A DNA stretch of 36,447 nucleotides, from positions 1-36,447 of IMG/VR virus record IMGVR_UViG_3300032213_003164. One strand, 5' to 3'. The notes beneath the pieces are model-generated. The model saw nothing but the letters and a program-made list of their open reading frames with translations, was not told the DNA's origin and did not search any database. The DNA is from a virus. Its lineage: Duplodnaviria; Caudoviricetes. A program made the position numbers and the translations under genes. Position 1 is the stretch's first letter. Every line of letters starts with the position of its first letter. Shown here piece by piece: positions 34,317-36,447 of this stretch.

Positions 34317-35161
34317 TTAAAGGCACGGGAATGCCATTTCCCCAAAATTTTTCTTCATGTTCTAATCTACCTCCTAAAGAATTTTGCTGGGATAAAGATG
34401 CTGGAATAGCAGAGATCTATATTGATGATAAAATAATGGATGGATTACAAACCCCAAAGAATGATTATAAATTCGGATGGCTATGCGAATCCAGAGAAAT
34501 TGCGATAGACATTTTTAACAACATATTGCAAAATCCGCAAAAATTTAAAGAAAAGTATGCGGGTATCTTTACGTGTGATAAGACTCTACTTGGGTGTGAC
34601 TCTTTATTCATATATGCACCTCCGGGATCTAACCTTCCGTGGACCAAGCCTGAAGAAATATTAATTTATGAAAAAAGTAAACTATGCTCTATGTTATGCT
34701 CGCCTAAGGCAAGAACAGAAGGGCATAAACTTAGATTAGATGTTGCAAAATCATTAATGAATAAGATCGATCTATTTGGGGGTGCGCACGACTCGCCTAG
34801 AATAGGTGAGGGATTTGGACCAAAGCAGGATTGGTGGAGATCTAAATTACCAGCTTTAAAAGATTACATGTTTTCAATTGTTTTCGAAAATGCTGTTTAT
34901 GACAAGTATTACACTGAAAAAATAACAGACTGTTTTGCAACAGGGACAATTCCAGTTTATTGGGGAACTAGAAAAGTAATAGAGGATTTCAATCAGAATG
35001 GAATAATATTCTTTAATGACATAAAGGGTGACATAGGAATACTATCCGAAGATCTATACAAATCTAAGATGGATGCAATAATAGACAACCTAGAAAGAGC
35101 TAAAGCTTTGGAATCTGCAGATGATATTATTTATAAAAAAATTAAATCGTGCATAAAATAA
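34307..35161 (+). CDS. GT10 family (alpha-1,3-fucosyltransferase-like) glycosyltransferase
   Basis: Signature YMFSIVFEN....YYTEKI.DCF..GTIPVYWG. Confidence 0.88.
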   Translation: MDLIKGTGMPFPQNFSSCSNLPPKEFCWDKDAGIAEIYIDDKIMDGLQTPKNDYKFGWLCESREIAIDIFNNILQNPQKFKEKYAGIFTCDKTLLGCDSLFIYAPPGSNLPWTKPEEILIYEKSKLCSMLCSPKARTEGHKLRLDVAKSLMNKIDLFGGAHDSPRIGEGFGPKQDWWRSKLPALKDYMFSIVFENAVYDKYYTEKITDCFATGTIPVYWGTRKVIEDFNQNGIIFFNDIKGDIGILSEDLYKSKMDAIIDNLERAKALESADDIIYKKIKSCIK

Positions 35162-35922
35162 CATTAGGGGCAGCTTCAAGAAATAGGCCAGATCAAATGT
35201 CATCTGTTATCAATAATTGGATAGCTAAATCCCTTAATAGAGAAAGGATTGAAGTAGTAATATCTATCGATGAAGATGATCCCACTGTGGATTCATATAA
35301 ATCCGTGATAGAAAAAGATTCAGATTCTCTAGGAATAGACATAAAATTATTAATCAATAAAAACACAAATACTGTTCAAGCAATAAATAGAATAAAGGAT
35401 GTATTTACTGGTGATATTATAATCATATTCTCTGATGATACTGATTGTTTTACGGAATGGGATAATGCTATAGACGAGGTTTATTCTAGAATGCCAGGAA
35501 GCTATATTATAAAAACTAGCGATGGAATTGACAAGGACCTAATAACTATGCCTATTTTCACTAAAAGCTATCTGGATCATAAACAATGGATTTATTATCC
35601 TGGATATAAACATATGTTCTGTGATACCGAATTAACATGCATTGCATACATGGAGGACAAAGTAATCGACGCTTCCGATCTTGAATTTATGCATTTACAT
35701 TATTCTCAGGGTCATTCAGAAAAAGACTATGTTGATAGGAAAAATCAAAATACATTCTATGATGGATTTAATGTTTTTAGAAAAAGAATTTCTAGAAATT
35801 TTCATTTGCATGATAATCTACCAAAAGAAAAAATACCTTCTTCTATCTTAGAATGGATAGAAAAAAATCATAAGGATTTTCCTGAAAGGGAATTAGGGGA
35901 AGAAGAATTATTTATGGAATAA
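35149..35922 (+). CDS. GT2-like glycosyltransferase
   Basis: ASRNRP, EVVISIDEDD, AIN, IIIFSDD, YKHMFCDTE, HLH; GTG start overlapping the GT10 stop. Confidence 0.75.
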   Translation: MHKITLGAASRNRPDQMSSVINNWIAKSLNRERIEVVISIDEDDPTVDSYKSVIEKDSDSLGIDIKLLINKNTNTVQAINRIKDVFTGDIIIIFSDDTDCFTEWDNAIDEVYSRMPGSYIIKTSDGIDKDLITMPIFTKSYLDHKQWIYYPGYKHMFCDTELTCIAYMEDKVIDASDLEFMHLHYSQGHSEKDYVDRKNQNTFYDGFNVFRKRISRNFHLHDNLPKEKIPSSILEWIEKNHKDFPERELGEEELFME

Positions 35923-35943
35923 TAAAATAACAAAAAAAAATTA

Positions 35944-36063
35944 ATGGATTTCATAAAAATAAATTGGCATTGTAGTATTAATTTAGAAAGAGTCAGATCA
36001 TTAAAGTCTGGAGATGATTGTGTTTATTCTGCTATAAAAACAATTCAAAATGCAGAAAAATAA
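35944..36063 (+). pseudogene. 39-codon remnant of a GT10 paralog (internal deletion)
   Basis: Hand translation MDFIKINWHCSINLERVRSLKSGDDCVYSAIKTIQNAEK; start resembles MDLIK and end resembles NLERAKALESADDIIYKKIK of 34307-35161. Confidence 0.55.
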
Positions 36064-36447
36064 AACTATCTTAGTAACCCAATTTTACATTCCCGATGAC
36101 GTTAAAAGATATCAGGAATTAAAGTATTGTGTAAAAGAGAATATTTCCAATACACTAATAGATCAAATTGTTTTGGTTGTTGAAAGGGGAACTTCTGATA
36201 GACTGATCCCATTCCACAAGAAAATAAAAATTAATTGGATAGAAAATAGGCCAACATACCAAGATCTTTTTAAGATAGCAAAGAAAACACTCGGAAACAA
36301 AAAAGGATTAATGGTAATATCTAATAGTGATATTTTTTATGATGAAGATTGTATTTCTAAAATGTACGAAAAAGTTTCTAATAGTGAAACCCTAGCCCTT
36401 TCAAGGTGGGAATTTAAAATGGGAAGTAATCCTGTCCATCATGATAC
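36050..36447 (+). CDS. Putative glycosyltransferase, 3' truncated by window (not in ORF track)
   Basis: Hand translation MQKNKTILVTQFYIP..RYQELKYCVKEN...RPTYQDLF...VISNSDIFY...ALSRW, open to the window end; NSD in a DxD-like position. Confidence 0.6.
   Translation, partial: MQKNKTILVTQFYIPDDVKRYQELKYCVKENISNTLIDQIVLVVERGTSDRLIPFHKKIKINWIENRPTYQDLFKIAKKTLGNKKGLMVISNSDIFYDEDCISKMYEKVSNSETLALSRWEFKMGSNPVHHD

Noticed and set aside
4112-34647. Short opposite-strand ORFs in the track (e.g. 4112-4414, 16469-17107, 24908-25267, 28928-29302, 30305-30532, 33140-33325)
   Set aside because: They shadow well-supported genes, have no recognisable motifs and reflect codon bias or low complexity.
1-36447. 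Stop-codon reassignment as in some large phages
   Set aside because: Code 11 gives full-length, tightly packed genes; TAG (e.g. MCP, clamp loader) and TGA both end genes at expected positions.
1-36447. tRNA, rRNA, introns, inteins or homing endonucleases
   Set aside because: Intergenic gaps are short (at most about 150 nt) with no cloverleaf seen; core genes have normal lengths and no intein or LAGLIDADG/HNH/GIY-YIG motifs were recognised.

Overview
AT-rich, gene-dense segment of a large T4-like (gp20/gp21/gp23-type) tailed phage, standard genetic code. A Bacteroidota host is inferred from TAnnTTTG promoter boxes and the absence of Shine-Dalgarno sites. Gene order: head-completion nuclease (gp4), gp2-like protein, TWO tandem full-length portal paralogs, a replication block (ligase, clamp loader subunits, guanylate kinase, RNase H), a fibre-like gene and hypotheticals, a repair block (degenerate UvsE, Nei/Fpg, 3'-5' exonuclease), a nucleotidyltransferase, large candidate internal/ejection proteins, a prohead protease fused to a 14-aa-repeat scaffold, the major capsid protein, a dNMP kinase plus asparagine-synthetase-like pair, a RimK-protease fusion beside a poly-Glu protein, and a glycosyltransferase cluster running off the right end. 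Notable signals: the duplicated portal; a GATATATA motif 15-21 nt upstream of 10 genes; a shared N-terminal capsid-targeting/cleavage-like peptide on about 10 unrelated proteins; annexin-like domains; and a 39-codon collapsed fucosyltransferase remnant. All calls are by eye from motifs; no searches were run.
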